Part shown: piece by piece, positions 36,301 to 47,989 of the stretch
How the letters are laid out: each line of letters starts with the position of its first letter
How positions within the stretch are numbered: the first letter of the stretch is position 1
Assembly (NCBI GenBank): GCA_020137815.1
Contig: CM035355.1
Span: 7,316,001 to 7,380,000 of the forward strand
Direction: 5' to 3'
Length of the DNA stretch: 64,000 nucleotides
Origin: Hormiphora californensis
Lineage: Eukaryota; Animalia; Ctenophora
Translations under genes and position numbers: made by a program
Notes under the pieces: model-generated
Databases searched by the model: none
What the model saw: the letters and a program-made list of their open reading frames with translations, nothing else
What the model was told of the DNA's origin: nothing

Positions 36301-39300
36301 CAATACACAGGGAGAGATGGAAGTTCAACTTCTATCACAGATGCCCCACTCCTCCCCCACAGTTGGCCAAGTGCCCAGTATTCACCACATTTGGCCCAGT
36401 GCACCCCCCGCGCCATAAGCTAAATAGGTCATTATACTCACGGGATCTGAGAGGCGGTCCAAGTTGTCAAAAGAATATCTGCGTGATGTTGTTGAAATAG
36501 AGAAAGGGGGGGGCATATAACCATGGTAACCACCTATAACCATGGTAACCACGTATAACCATGGTAACCACCTATAACCATGGTAACCACACATAACCAT
36601 GGTAACCACCTTTAACCATGGTAACCACATATAACCATGGTAACCACCTATAACCATGGTAACCACCTTATATGCCCATGGTAACCATCTATAACCATGG
36701 TAACCACCTATAACCATGGTAACCACCTATAACCCTGGTAACCACCTATAACCATGGTAACCACCTTATATGCCCATGGTAACCATCTATAACCATGGTA
36801 ACCACCTATAACCATGGTAACCACCTATAACCATGGTAACCACCTATAACCATGGTAACCACGTGTAACTACGGTAACCACCTGGGGTGGCCCCTGCACC
36901 TAGCGATCGAGGTGCCGCGAAGTGGCGCCGAGGGAGCTGCGGCAGGGGGTTTGGGGGGCGCAGCCCCCCAACGGGGTCCAGGGGCAGAGCCCATGGTGGG
37001 GGCTAGGGGGCGAAGCCCCCGAAAAATTTTAGTTTTTGGTGAATTTTAAGCATTTTAGAACAACTTTTTTTAACAATTTTCAGCCCTTTTAGAAAACTTT
37101 TTCAACGAGTTTCAGTCATAAGGGGCGAAGCCCCCTGGAAATTTTAAAATGAATTAAAGCAATTAGAACAATTATTTATCGATTTCAGCCCTTGGTGGGG
37201 GCAATTTTCAGCCCTTTTAGAAAACTTTTTTAATAAGTCTGAAACTGTTCTGCCAGGAGGAGTGTCAGACGGAAAGTTGGCAGGGGATTTTGCAGAGTTC
37301 TTCAGTGGGAAGATTGAGAAGATTCGGACAGCGGTTCGGGATGAGCAAGAGGAAGGTTCTGAGGAGCTCACTGTGGATTCTCTGCCTGCGCCTACCTGTA
37401 CTCTAACCAAGTTTGAGGAAATCAGAGTTAATGAATTAGTTCGGGTTGTCAAGGAATGTCATCGAAGTCTTGTGATCTGACCCTATTCCGACGCTGGTTG
37501 TGAAAGACTGCCTTGAAGAACTAGCGCCGATCCTGACGGACATTATCAACAAATCCCTCTACGATCTACTGTTCCAGATATTATGCAGAAAGCATTGGTG
37601 ATGCCAACGATAAAGAACCCCAATGGGGACACTGATTATTTTCGAACTACAGGCCGGTTTCTAACATATCGTTTGTATCGAGGTACTGGAGAAAGTTGTT
37701 GCTCAATCAGTTAAACTCATACCTATGGATGAACGACCTACTCAATGCAGACCAATCTGGTATAGGGCGGGGCATAGTTGTGAAACACGCTTGCTGGAAT
37801 GTTTGATGACCTGTTGAAGGATTTGGATTCTGCAAGTATCGGCCCTTCTGCTGCTTGACATGAGTGCGGCTTTCGATACTGTGGATCATTCGAAGCTGAT
37901 TGGAATTTTGGAGGCAAGGTTTGGGTAAGAGTCTGCGCTTGAATGGTTTAGAAGCTACCTTAGCAAAAGGACTTTTAAAGTGAATGTTCGTGGGGAACTC
38001 TCGGCGGCGATTGCACTAATCTGTGGAGTCCCACAGGGGTCCCTTCTTGGACCTGTTTTATTCTTGCTGTACATTGAGGAACTTCAGGATATTGTTCGTC
38101 CCTATGGCCTAAAGATCAAACTGTATGCAGATGACTCTCAGATATACTTTGGACTGGTTCCGAGTGATGCAGAGGGGTGGAGTTCCAGTAAAAGACCCTA
38201 GAGGATTGTCTCAAGATGTCAAAACATGGATGGTTACCATGGCTTAAGTGTAATGAGGACAAGACGGAGTTTCTACTGTTGGGAAAGACAAGCTCCTTGG
38301 AAAGATGGCATTTGATCCAGAGATCCAGTTGGAGGTTCGGTGTCAGGCCTATGGAATGTAAGGGGACGACAGGAAAGACCCTTGGTGTTCTCATGGACCA
38401 TCAGTTGACTCTTGAGAGACAGATATTCAATGTTAAGAAACAGTGTGGCCTTATGCTCAAGAACTTGTGGCAGGTCAACAAGTGTCTTGACAAAGATACC
38501 AAGATTATGTTGGTCAAGCAACTGGTCATTTCCCGGATTGATTACTGCAACATTCTTTACTATGGACTACCTAAGAGGATATTGAGGTATCTTCAGAAGA
38601 CCCTGAATTCTTGTGTGCGTTTCATTTTCAATCTAAAGGGACATCAGGATGACTACACAGAATACTACAAGGAGGCACACATTCTACCTATTAGCAGAGG
38701 CTGACTTTCAAGGCATGTCTTTTGGCGTACAAGATTGTACGAGGCACTGCACCCAAGTATCTGATGGACCTGGTCCCTCGTGATGACAATCTGAACTGTA
38801 AAACTACCCGATCTACCTCAGTTCCAGATTTCTTCAGGTTGAAATATCCAAAGCTCTCAAGTGTAAATGCGAATTCTAAGTTAAGAAGGAGGAGGATCTC
38901 TGTATTCCTGCCGGAAGTGTGGAACTCCCTGCCATTGGAGTTAAGGTCTGTTCACCCTGTTGAACTCTTCAAGACAAGGCTTAAGACCCGCTATTTAAGG
39001 AAGCTTTCGTTGATCCAGAGAGCAGTAGCACCTGAGTCATCGTCTTGTGCACTGTTCTGTTCTGGTCTGGGTTTAGTGTTCCCTTGGGCAGACGTTTATT
39101 TAGACAGTGTTATTCCTCATTACATTTACCGGGCTTGCAGTAATAGCTGCTGACTTTTAATAGCTTTGAGAGCTGCTGTCTTTGAGTAGCATGAGAGCTG
39201 CTGACTTTGTAATTTAGCTTATTCAGTGTGAGAGCATTTTTATGCCTATCTAAGTTGGTTCGTATTTTATGAGGCCCGTATTTTCATCAATAAAAGTCTA

Positions 39301-41850
39301 TCTATGGTGTGTTTAAATCCAGATTTTAATAGTGTGTGTCATAAGTAAGGAAGGTGTTATAATTTAGGTATACCGCTCTGACGCTGAGCAGTGTCAGTCA
39401 AAATTCAGTTTGCTGGCCCTGTTTTGCCTGGGCGGTATACAAAAACTTATATTATTATTATTATTATTATTATAATATTCAGCCCCTGGTGTGGGTAAGG
39501 GACGAAGCCCCCGGAAAATTTTAGTTTTTGATCAATTTTAAGCAATTTGAACAATATTTTAACGATTTTCAGCCCTTGATGTGGGTTAGGGCAAAGCCCC
39601 GGAAAATTTTAGATTTGATCAATTTAAAGCAATTTAGAACACTTTTTAAAGCTATTTTACCACCCCCAACAACCCCTGTTTGAAAAGTTTTGGGGGGGGG
39701 GGGGTGGCCACCCCCCACCACCCCAGGCTGGGGCCACCACTGCCACCTATAATAACCATGGTAACCATGTTTACTACGGTAACCAGTATAACTGCCTATA
39801 GGGTATACTAACACAGCTGCAGTGACGGATCTGTTCCCAAGGGTAATCGCCGGTGCTAGTTAAACAAACACATATCAGCTTGTTAAAATATTCTATCAAG
39901 GCCGAATTTTACTACATCCCCTGCTGCATTATATATCCCAACAATGAAATCTAAATTTAACCTCCTTTTATTAAAACATTCTTTTATCATGTTTTTAAAA
40001 TATTGCTACAGCAGTTCGCTCCGGCTTAAACGCACATTCACACACATATCGCTAGCCCCTGTTTTCCAAGCTTTCGAGTCGTTTATTACTATTTCTCTCT
40101 CTTTCCCTCTCCCTAGCCCTCTCTTTCTCTCAAGACAGCAATTTTAAACATGTCATCTTTCACACTTGACCACGTATATTACACTGATAGAGAGAGAGAG
40201 AGAGAGAGAAAGAGGCAAAGAGAAAGAGAGATAGAGAGAAAGGAAAAGAGAGAGAGAGATAGAAAAGTGAGATAGAGAGAGGAAAGAGAAAGAGAAAAGA
40301 GGAAGGGAATAAAGTCAATTCTACATGCATATAATACTGAGAGAGCTTTAATGCTAAACACACGCAGCTAAATTCTCAGTCCTCAATCACCATGAAACCT
40401 CATTATTTACCCCTTTCTCTATTAACAGGTGCCTAGACATGTTTGGTGTTTATGAATTTTTTCTCTTTGTGTGTACAGGTTGTTCGTCTGTATGTGTGTG
40501 TGTTTATGAATTAATTTACAATTGTTTGTTTGTGTTGTGTATTTTTCAACACACAGTCCATGTGTACAAGACACCACGTGTGTACATTTTATAGGCTTCG
40601 TATTTCCCTACACACACTCACTTACAGACACGAACAGTGTATAAAAGTAGTAAATTATCTCATACAGCAGCTGTAGTGAGAGGACTCAGCACCATCTCTC
40701 CCGTAAAATGCAACATTATACTTTATGTCACAGTCTCGGCACGGTGTGACATGGAATTTACAGTGCAGTGTATGTGTGTGTGTGTGTGTGTGTGTGTTTT
40801 CATGAATGTACTAGTTGAAATTAGCCAGTTAATGACCGTAAAGCATGGTAAATGCAAATTTTCTCTCTCTCTCACACACACTCTCTTTCCAATTCAGTAT
40901 TCCTTTCTTGTATCTCTCATTCTGCAATACATTTACAATATAGCAAGGGAGTACATCAACTAACAGTCACCAACACATCCATGATAATCGAGGATTACTT
41001 TGGGGAGGGAGAAATAAAGTAGCTTCTGACGTACGTCTAGATACTATCGCTACATAAATAGACAGAAAGTCGAGGCTTGAGGGGTATACCCACCCAGGTA
41101 GTGGGGTAAGCTCACGAGAGGGGACAGTGTGTCGAAACAGAAATTCAACTCTCAAGGGGGACATTGATCTGACCAGTACAACAACCCTTCCTACCTAAAA
41201 TTAATCTGCCTTGAAGGAGGGTCTTCATGTTTCTGACAATATTATGGATTATGGGGATTTTGCACCTCGTCAGATCATCTGCCTCATAACCCTGGGGGGA
41301 TGAAGTTTGGAAATGAATGACGAATAAATAGGAATTACAATGATAAAGATAATATACTAGTCATGATTAGATCAATATATTCATAATATTCCATCTACCT
41401 AGGTGGAAGTAATAATGATTTAATAAACGATAAGGAATAGCCGTGAATATGCATTTATTTATAAATATGAAGCGGCTACTTACGGGTCCATGGATAATCC
41501 TCATCTGCTTCAAGAACGTACTCTTTCCGCTCTCCCCGGCACCAAGCAGTAACACCTTCACCTGTGTAGACATATTGTGTGAAAGGGAATCCTGCTTGTC
41601 ACTAACTTCCCATTATTTAGTCTAACCTAAGCCTTGCTCGACCATGTCTCACCGCACCCCGGTTTGACCAAAACAAGAAGAATATATTCAAACCGTGAAG
41701 CGGTATCTGTTTTCATGGTGAGCTGCCATCACCTCCGATACATACTATCAGCCGGGGTACCTGTTTTCGAAGGGTTTGTTGCTCTCTACGCAGATCATCA
41801 TCTATCTTCTTGCTCTCCTGTGACTGCTCATCCTGCACGCAGCAAGGCAT
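31264..41850 (-). CDS. GNA13: Heterotrimeric G-protein alpha subunit, G12/13 class
   Basis: Exons: 41850-41761 (MPCC...[11 protein letters not shown]); 41561-41484 ([22 protein letters not shown]); 41291-41195; ~36480-36441 ([10 protein letters not shown]); ~34144-34062 ([14 protein letters not shown]); ~33761-33640 (DVGGQR...KWFKCFD); 31632-31264 ([27 protein letters not shown], the G12/13 C-terminal signature). Part of the helical domain was not resolved. Confidence 0.9.
33136..33460. mobile_element. ~74-bp perfect inverted repeats enclosing a (GA)n tract (MITE-like)
   Basis: ATGCCAAAAACTAACAGAAATTAG...CACCTTTGCCC (33136-33209) and its reverse complement (33387-33460). Confidence 0.75.
34184..34292. 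mobile_element. 109-bp hAT-type MITE
   Basis: TIR CAGGAACCGACCGAA / TTCGGTCGGTTCCTG with a perfect 8-bp TSD AATTGAAG at 34176-34183 and 34293-34300. Confidence 0.92.
36516..36881. repeat. Minisatellite (TATAACCATGGTAACCACC)n, ~19 copies; resumes at ~39743-39790
   Basis: Directly visible 19-bp units. Confidence 0.95.
36882..39742. mobile_element. Non-autonomous DNA transposon (hAT-like, GC-rich ends) split by a LINE
   Basis: Imperfect TIR CTGGGGTGGCCCCTG / CTGGGGCCACCACTG. Internal GGGGCGAAGCCCCC...AAAATTTT repeats on both sides of the LINE. No clear TSD. Confidence 0.6.
37233..39473 (+). pseudogene. 5'-truncated, frameshifted L2-group LINE (divergent subfamily)
   Basis: Fragmented ORF2 ([51 protein letters not shown]) homologous to the 16853-19802 ORF2, with many indels. 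3' UTR ends GGGCGGTATAC followed by (ATT)n. Confidence 0.9.
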
Positions 41851-44230
41851 ATTCAGGAAATCCAGAGTGCCGTTTTTCCCTATCTTCACAACGCTTCTTA
41901 GGTCATTCTACATCTACAAAATTCAAGTGAATAAGTCACAGTCTATCTAAAGATCTACAACCAAGGGAATAAGTCACAATACATCGCATCGAAATATCAC
42001 AACGGGATATGGTTTCGTTATTGAAGGGTGACGTATGATAGTACGCATCATGTACATGATGTAGCAGTACAGCAAACGGCATCTCTTCGGAGTTATATGG
42101 GCGCCCAAATGTCCAATGTGATTTTGTGTTGAGTAGCAATGATGTTATAAGTTTTGTTTTGGTTGTTAACTACTTTCGCCCACTTTGGATCCTGCAGCGA
42201 TGAAACCCCAATGTTCTGCCCTGTTTCTTTGATTTCTAGTCATTGAATCAACTTCGTATCACGTATGGAGCTACACAAATGGTTGAACCACTATGATAAT
42301 GGATTTGTGTACCGTTTTATCAAGTTATTTGTAAACATAAAAATTTAAACTGAATCGATTAGGATGTGTGTACATTGAAACTGTAAGATCTATCATGCAC
42401 AGTGCACACTGCACATAAAATGTTAAGTCTCCACTCTCCTGTCAAGTGTACAACCGGATTAGGGTCTAGGGATCTCAGTATTATCTGGCGGCTGGCATTT
42501 TATCAGTCCGCGACTTAGATCTGACGGTTTGCCATAAGTCTTCCTGAAGTTTACAGATTTGCTACCGCTGCGGAAGAGGTGGTAGTGTCGCTTGAGTGTG
42601 ACAGGTCCAGCTGGAGTAAACGAATTGTCAAACCAGTGAAGTTGGATGAGCGAGTGAATGAACTTCAATATTTATATAAGAGTCATATAAGTGACTCTTC
42701 CCGCTCTCACACTATAGACATATACAAAGTGTGACGGGTGTGTGACGGGTGTAATAAAAATCAGAGTTCGTCGGTGGAGCTAACCCGTCTCGATTGCTAA
42801 AATCGATGAATTGTTAGCGCGAGGCACCAATAGTTTAACTTTTGCAATTAATACATTTCGAGATGGGTGTCAGGGCCCACGCCCCACGGGCCACGGGTGA
42901 GTTAAAAAAAAGTAAAAAGAGGAACAAAAAATCCGGAACTGAGGGTTTTATGAATTTTTACGTGTACTGTCGCGAATCGGGCCGCGCGCGGCGTTACCCA
43001 AATGCGTGTCACATGCGAACTTTTTCGCGTGTTACGTTTATTCTCACACTTTGCAGCGCTAAATTTAAAACTTCAAGTGCCGCGGCGCGCCGCGGATTTG
43101 CATTTTCAAAATAAAATGTTTGTTTTGAGATTTTTGACATTTCCAAATTTTTGGCACGCTTTTGGCGGTGTTTTGGCCTTTGGTAACAGAACACAGGTAA
43201 ACTTTGGGCTCTGGCATTAGCCCCCAGTTTGCGTGTTTTCGACCGCTACATGGCAATGCACCGTAGACAAAGGCAACCGTTAAAATTTTAAATTTAGGTG
43301 TTTTGAGTGTCAGCACTTTTAGGGGCGGCAGCTCCGCCTTCCGGTCAGAAGTTGTGACCCGTTGTGAAACCACCTAATTGCGGGGTCCAGGAGCCCAGCC
43401 CCAGTGGGGTGTAGGGGCAAATATTGAGGCTTTAATCCCTGATGGGAATTAATGGGTCAAATATTTTTGCTGCATGCGGAAATCACATGTGGGCGGTGTC
43501 TCGCCCACCAGGAAAAACTGAGTAACGCCATCGTGGATTTGGATGATTCTAGGGACCCATTACATGGCCATAGGGACCTAATATAGCGAAGGAAATATTT
43601 CCTAGCTCTAAGCTAACTTCCCCTTGGCCCTTAATACATTGCTTGAGTACTCTACCATTGAGATTATTGCCTAAGATTGGGCATCAATTATTGATGGGGG
43701 TCACAGGTCACTGGTCATTTATCATTTTAAGTACTTAAACTAAACTGTTTAAACGAGATTATTTCATAAACTACCTTCCCTTCTAGTGCTACATCGATAG
43801 CATCACTTGATCAACCACAAAGATCATCATCAAGTCTAATGGACCATTAACCGGTGTTGCCCGCGATACATTACAGCGGGAACTAAATGGATTCCCCAAA
43901 ATGGACACCGCTAGCAGAGTTTCTCCAGGCTGAGAAACTCTCTGAGTATATTCCGACGTTTTCTACACTTGACTTGAAGGTACGGCAGAGATAAGGAGGA
44001 CATAAATAAATGTTGTTATCATCCATAAAACGCATAAAATCTTTCTTTTGTGCTGTGGAAGAACTGGGAATATTTCGGTCGGAGTAATAATAAATTCGAC
44101 ATAATCAATAATCATTGCTCTTTGTGAATTGTGTCACCTTTAAAATTTATCGTTCTTCCAGGCGTTTAGCAATCTTTCTGTTTCTGATATTGATAAGCAA
44201 GTCTCACCGATTTATGACAGACGCCGAGTT

Positions 44231-46916
44231 ATGGAAGCCGTAAGATTTGCCAGGTTAGTTAAAACTTTTTTAACAATTTTTTAAAACAATTTGAATACCC
44301 TTATTCTCATTCTTTGCAATTTCATTTTTGCAATAATATTGCGTTTTCAAGAAAGTTGTGTCATGTGCTTTGAAACAATATAAAAAGCTTGTTCTGTCTT
44401 CTTCACCGTTCTCTCATTCCTCAATCTCTATCAGGAGGCTTGTATCGGAGAACAATGATGAAGATGAAGATCCACTGAGTTTGAGTAAAATGACCACTCC
44501 AACAAACCACGATTACCTGAAAACTCCAACTAAAGCCCCGCCAACTACTTCAACCCCTACCAAGCTGTACATGACCAATGTGGGAATGCTGAAGGCATCT
44601 CTCCGGCCTACCAAATCCCTTAGTCCTCCTATGGTATGATCACTAACAAGCTCCTCACTCACTCACCCTGCTCCTTTATAAATCTCACTCCTCACTCACC
44701 CTGCTCCTTCATAAATCTCACTCCTCACTCACCCTGCTCCTTCATAAATCTCACTCCTCACTCACCCTGCTCCTTCATAAATCTCACTTTGAGAACGGAT
44801 TCTCTCTCTCAGACCTGGCTTTTATTATGCGAGATGCCGGGTATTATATTTCCCCTGACAAAGACCACGCCGTGTCATCCACTCACTATTTTCTTCTCTT
44901 TTCAACTCTTTTAGGGTCTTTGTGTTTGAACCTTCTCGCAGCGGACTGGTTATCTCTCAGAAATCTCAATCATTCTCTTGCATTGTATCTCGTGTTAGTG
45001 GCATTCATTTTTCTTCCCATCTCCCTGTTTATTTCTAAATTTACCCTCTCCTGACAGAGTGAGACAAGAGAAACGGGGATTTAGTGACACAAAGCCCCCC
45101 ACATAGCTTGCGAAACTTAACCACTTTTTGAGAGAGAGGGAGCGAGAGAGGGTGTTTACCTTTGATTACCTTTGACAAGGTTTAGCTGAAGTAGCTTGGA
45201 ATCCACTTTAGTAATGGACCCGTTGGAATGTTCCTGCTGGTCAATAGTTAACAACAGGAACACTATAGCAAACAAAGAAGGCAATTTAATGAAATAAATG
45301 AAAAGAAGAAACTTAAATGAATAGCACTCACAGTAAGTACTACTGTGTCCCCGAGGAGACCTCCACCACCTCGCCTCCTTTGATCCTAAACGACTTCCCA
45401 GGGCTCCGCTCCTTCTCCTCTTTCAACTTTTTCACTAGGACCGCCCGGGCCACTCTCTCCTCAGAAGTAAGGTCGGGAGAGATGTAAACTCGGGAAAACA
45501 ATTCACTCTCTCTAAGTCGTGTCTTCTTACTAAGAATACACGACTGCATCTCCTTGCTTGCCAGGGATATCTTCATGGGTCTAGTCTGACCCGCTATGAA
45601 TCTCCCCAACCGCTGAGCACTCTTTACCAAGGGCTTCTCTGCCAGCGTTGTCCACAACTCCGGTAGTAGTTCCTCTTTGTCTCCAGGACTGTCAGTCAGT
45701 CCGTAGATGACAATGTTACACGATCTGTCCTCGCTGGCTGCAGCTACAGCCCGCTGTATCCGTTGAGGAGCGAGGGATGTCTTACACTCCTTCTCCAGAA
45801 CAGTAGAGAAGCTTCGCATCTCCTCCTTTGCCGTTGTCTTCACATCAGTGATGACTTGCTCTCTCTTCTCAAGTAGTTGCTCCTGCAGCTTCACTAACTG
45901 CGCCTGGGCTCCGACCAATGCTCTTTGAGCAGAGATTAGTTCCTCCTGACGCTCCATCAACTTCTTCTCTACCTCACTACACTTCTTAGCTACACTATAC
46001 TGGCTCTTCATCACAGGGTACACCCTCTCAATCAATAGCCTTCCTGCCATCTCCACCCACTCAACTAAATCCTTCTGACTCACTTTTTCAAGTTTATACT
46101 TGGATGGGGTGGACAAGGAGTCCCACAAGCTCTCCTCTGCACCGTTATATTCTCCACTAAACACGCCCGTACTTGGACGCGTTCCAGCCATCGCCATGAG
46201 TGCCTCAATCAATTCGACAGTTTCAACATGAATATTTTCAAGCTCAATATCATTCAATGACTGGCTGCCACTCACCCTCACTCGACTAGTATTCCCACTC
46301 ATAACGGTGAGAGGGGGCCGTTAGCTATAAAGATAAAGCAAGAAGGGTGAAAACGAGAGCAGCGACCAATCTTGCAAAGGAAGTAGAAAAGAGAGAGAAA
46401 GAGAGCGAGAAACAGAGAGAGAGAGAGAGGGAGAGAGGGAGTGAGAGAGAAACGAGTATGGTTAGCAGTGACATCCACCGCTACCTCTCTTAAATTCGTA
46501 TTCCACATTTTGTTTGCTAGAATGTTGCTCCTTGGCTTCCGACTTTAAATTCAATCTCCTCGATCCACTGCAGGCACTCTCTCTGTTCGATGCAAACCTT
46601 CAATCTTGAGGTAGCAGTAGTTACAACGTGTGTGTAAATTGGCTCTTGTCCAAATCAAACAACGACCACACAACTCTCTCACATGCACCACCATGTGTAG
46701 CGGTCTCTGTGTTGTTTTATGGGAACGGAATTAAAATTGATATAACATACATAAACATAGAACAGTATCAAATATATACAGAGTTATAAAATTAATCCTG
46801 TTTTCAATTTCAGAAACTCAAGACCCCAAGTAGACTGTCATCCTTCGTCCATTCCCTACCACTGTGTGATAGCGAGGAAGCGATGAGCGAAGAAGATGAC
46901 TCTCCTCAACGAGCAG
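44231..46916 (+). CDS. 5' exons of an unidentified spliced gene (S/T/P-rich N-terminus); probably continues rightward
   Basis: Exons 44231-44253, 44435-44633 and 46814-46916 join in frame with GT-AG sites: MEAVRFARRLVSENNDEDEDPLSLSK...SPPM|KLKTPSRLSSF...DDSPQRA. A possible further exon lies at ~53840-53966. Confidence 0.55.
44651..44788. repeat. 33-bp tandem repeat, about 4 copies
   Basis: CTCCTCACTCACCCTGCTCCTTCATAAATCTCA units. Confidence 0.95.
45340..46302 (-). CDS. Intact LINE ORF1-type protein (coiled coil + RRM/CTD of CR1/L2 ORF1) with no adjoining ORF2
   Basis: 320 aa intronless ORF: heptad region, then RSCNIVIYGL, RLGRF, RPMKI and VYISPDLTSEER motifs typical of CR1/L2-type ORF1. Only ~190 bp follow before an AAAGGTAA(TC) duplicated tail and GA-rich DNA. 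Confidence 0.8.
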   Translation of the reverse strand: MSGNTSRVRVSGSQSLNDIELENIHVETVELIEALMAMAGTRPSTGVFSGEYNGAEESLWDSLSTPSKYKLEKVSQKDLVEWVEMAGRLLIERVYPVMKSQYSVAKKCSEVEKKLMERQEELISAQRALVGAQAQLVKLQEQLLEKREQVITDVKTTAKEEMRSFSTVLEKECKTSLAPQRIQRAVAAASEDRSCNIVIYGLTDSPGDKEELLPELWTTLAEKPLVKSAQRLGRFIAGQTRPMKISLASKEMQSCILSKKTRLRESELFSRVYISPDLTSEERVARAVLVKKLKEEKERSPGKSFRIKGGEVVEVSSGTQ

Positions 46917-46980
46917 GTACTGCAATTAGGAGATTAGGAATATTATACATAATGAGATCAGTAATATACATCATATATAA

Positions 46981-47153
46981 TAGTCGGGCACCGATTTACC
47001 GGGCCCCGATTTACCGGCACCTCGATTTACCGGGCAGATAAAATTCCCTATAACATAGGGATCCTACTAACATAGGGACTTTACAATACGTCACCCCGAT
47101 CTAACATGCAAAATCATTTCCCCCGAGAATCCCGGTAAATCGGGGTCCGACTG
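46981..47153. mobile_element. Tc1/mariner-type MITE (CAGTCGGACCCCGATTTACCGGG family)
   Basis: Terminal inverted CCCGATTTACCGGG motifs, ends ...GGTCCGACTG followed by TA; same family as 54257-54411. Confidence 0.8.
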
Positions 47154-47943
47154 TATTCATCCGTTATGTCTAATTACTGTAAGACTCCAATTAGGTTTAA
47201 TACGCTATATATTGCTTTAAACCGTTCATAAAACTACACTAGTCTTAGTCTTACTCCTTGATTTGTACTGTCTAGTAGTACACTCTGCCTATACATTATA
47301 ATGGCCGAACCGCAGCTGTGAAATTCCTACCAGGTGCATGCAGGGTGCTAGAACAGTGTTGTGTCATTTGTCCTTTTATCACGGCTATGTAGTGCCGTCT
47401 CGATTATTAAATAGTTTAGGCTCTATCTAAACATGATCTAGATTATAGACATGATTTAGACTTGATCCAGACACATGTGTTGTGTAGCAAGATACACTCC
47501 TTCCGGCTTTCACACACACTCCACCATCTCATCTCAACTTCCTTGGTTTCTAGTTTGATACATTCCACCAACTTCCTAGGTCACATTGCCATTTTAGGGA
47601 GATAGAGACTTTTGTGTAACAGGTATTTTAGTGGTGTGTTACAGAAGTAGGTTAGTACACCTGGTACACCAACCTTGTACCAAAATCAGAATTTGGGATG
47701 GATGGGGGATATAAAGAGAGAGCATGGAGGAGGAAGAGAGATATTGAGGGAGAGAGATAGGGAAGAATGAAAGGATATATGGCTTGTTATTAGGCTTACA
47801 GCTTTTGCTCACAGTAACTGATATTACATCTAGGTTCCTAGCTGCGTGACACACACACACTAGGTTTAATAAACACTGGCTGTATCAACAATAAATTGTG
47901 GGATGGGAGATCATGATCCAGTGATTGAATGAAGAGCTTCCGG

Positions 47944-47988
<45 letters not shown>

Positions 47989-47989
<1 letters not shown>

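Noticed and set aside
36382-36726. 114-aa ORF with repeated [12 protein letters not shown]
   Set aside because: Translation of the 19-bp minisatellite; only its last part overlaps a real G-alpha exon.
44260-44295. Second spliced-leader relic (AAAACTTTTTTAACAATTTTTTAAAACAATTTGAA)
   Set aside because: Resemblance is explained by AT-richness; it lacks CACTAC and the terminal GAG, and it is intronic.
47929-47988. Start of the 682-aa RT ORF (MKSFRAHTHT...)
   Set aside because: Chance read-through from flanking DNA and (CA)n into a 5'-truncated element.
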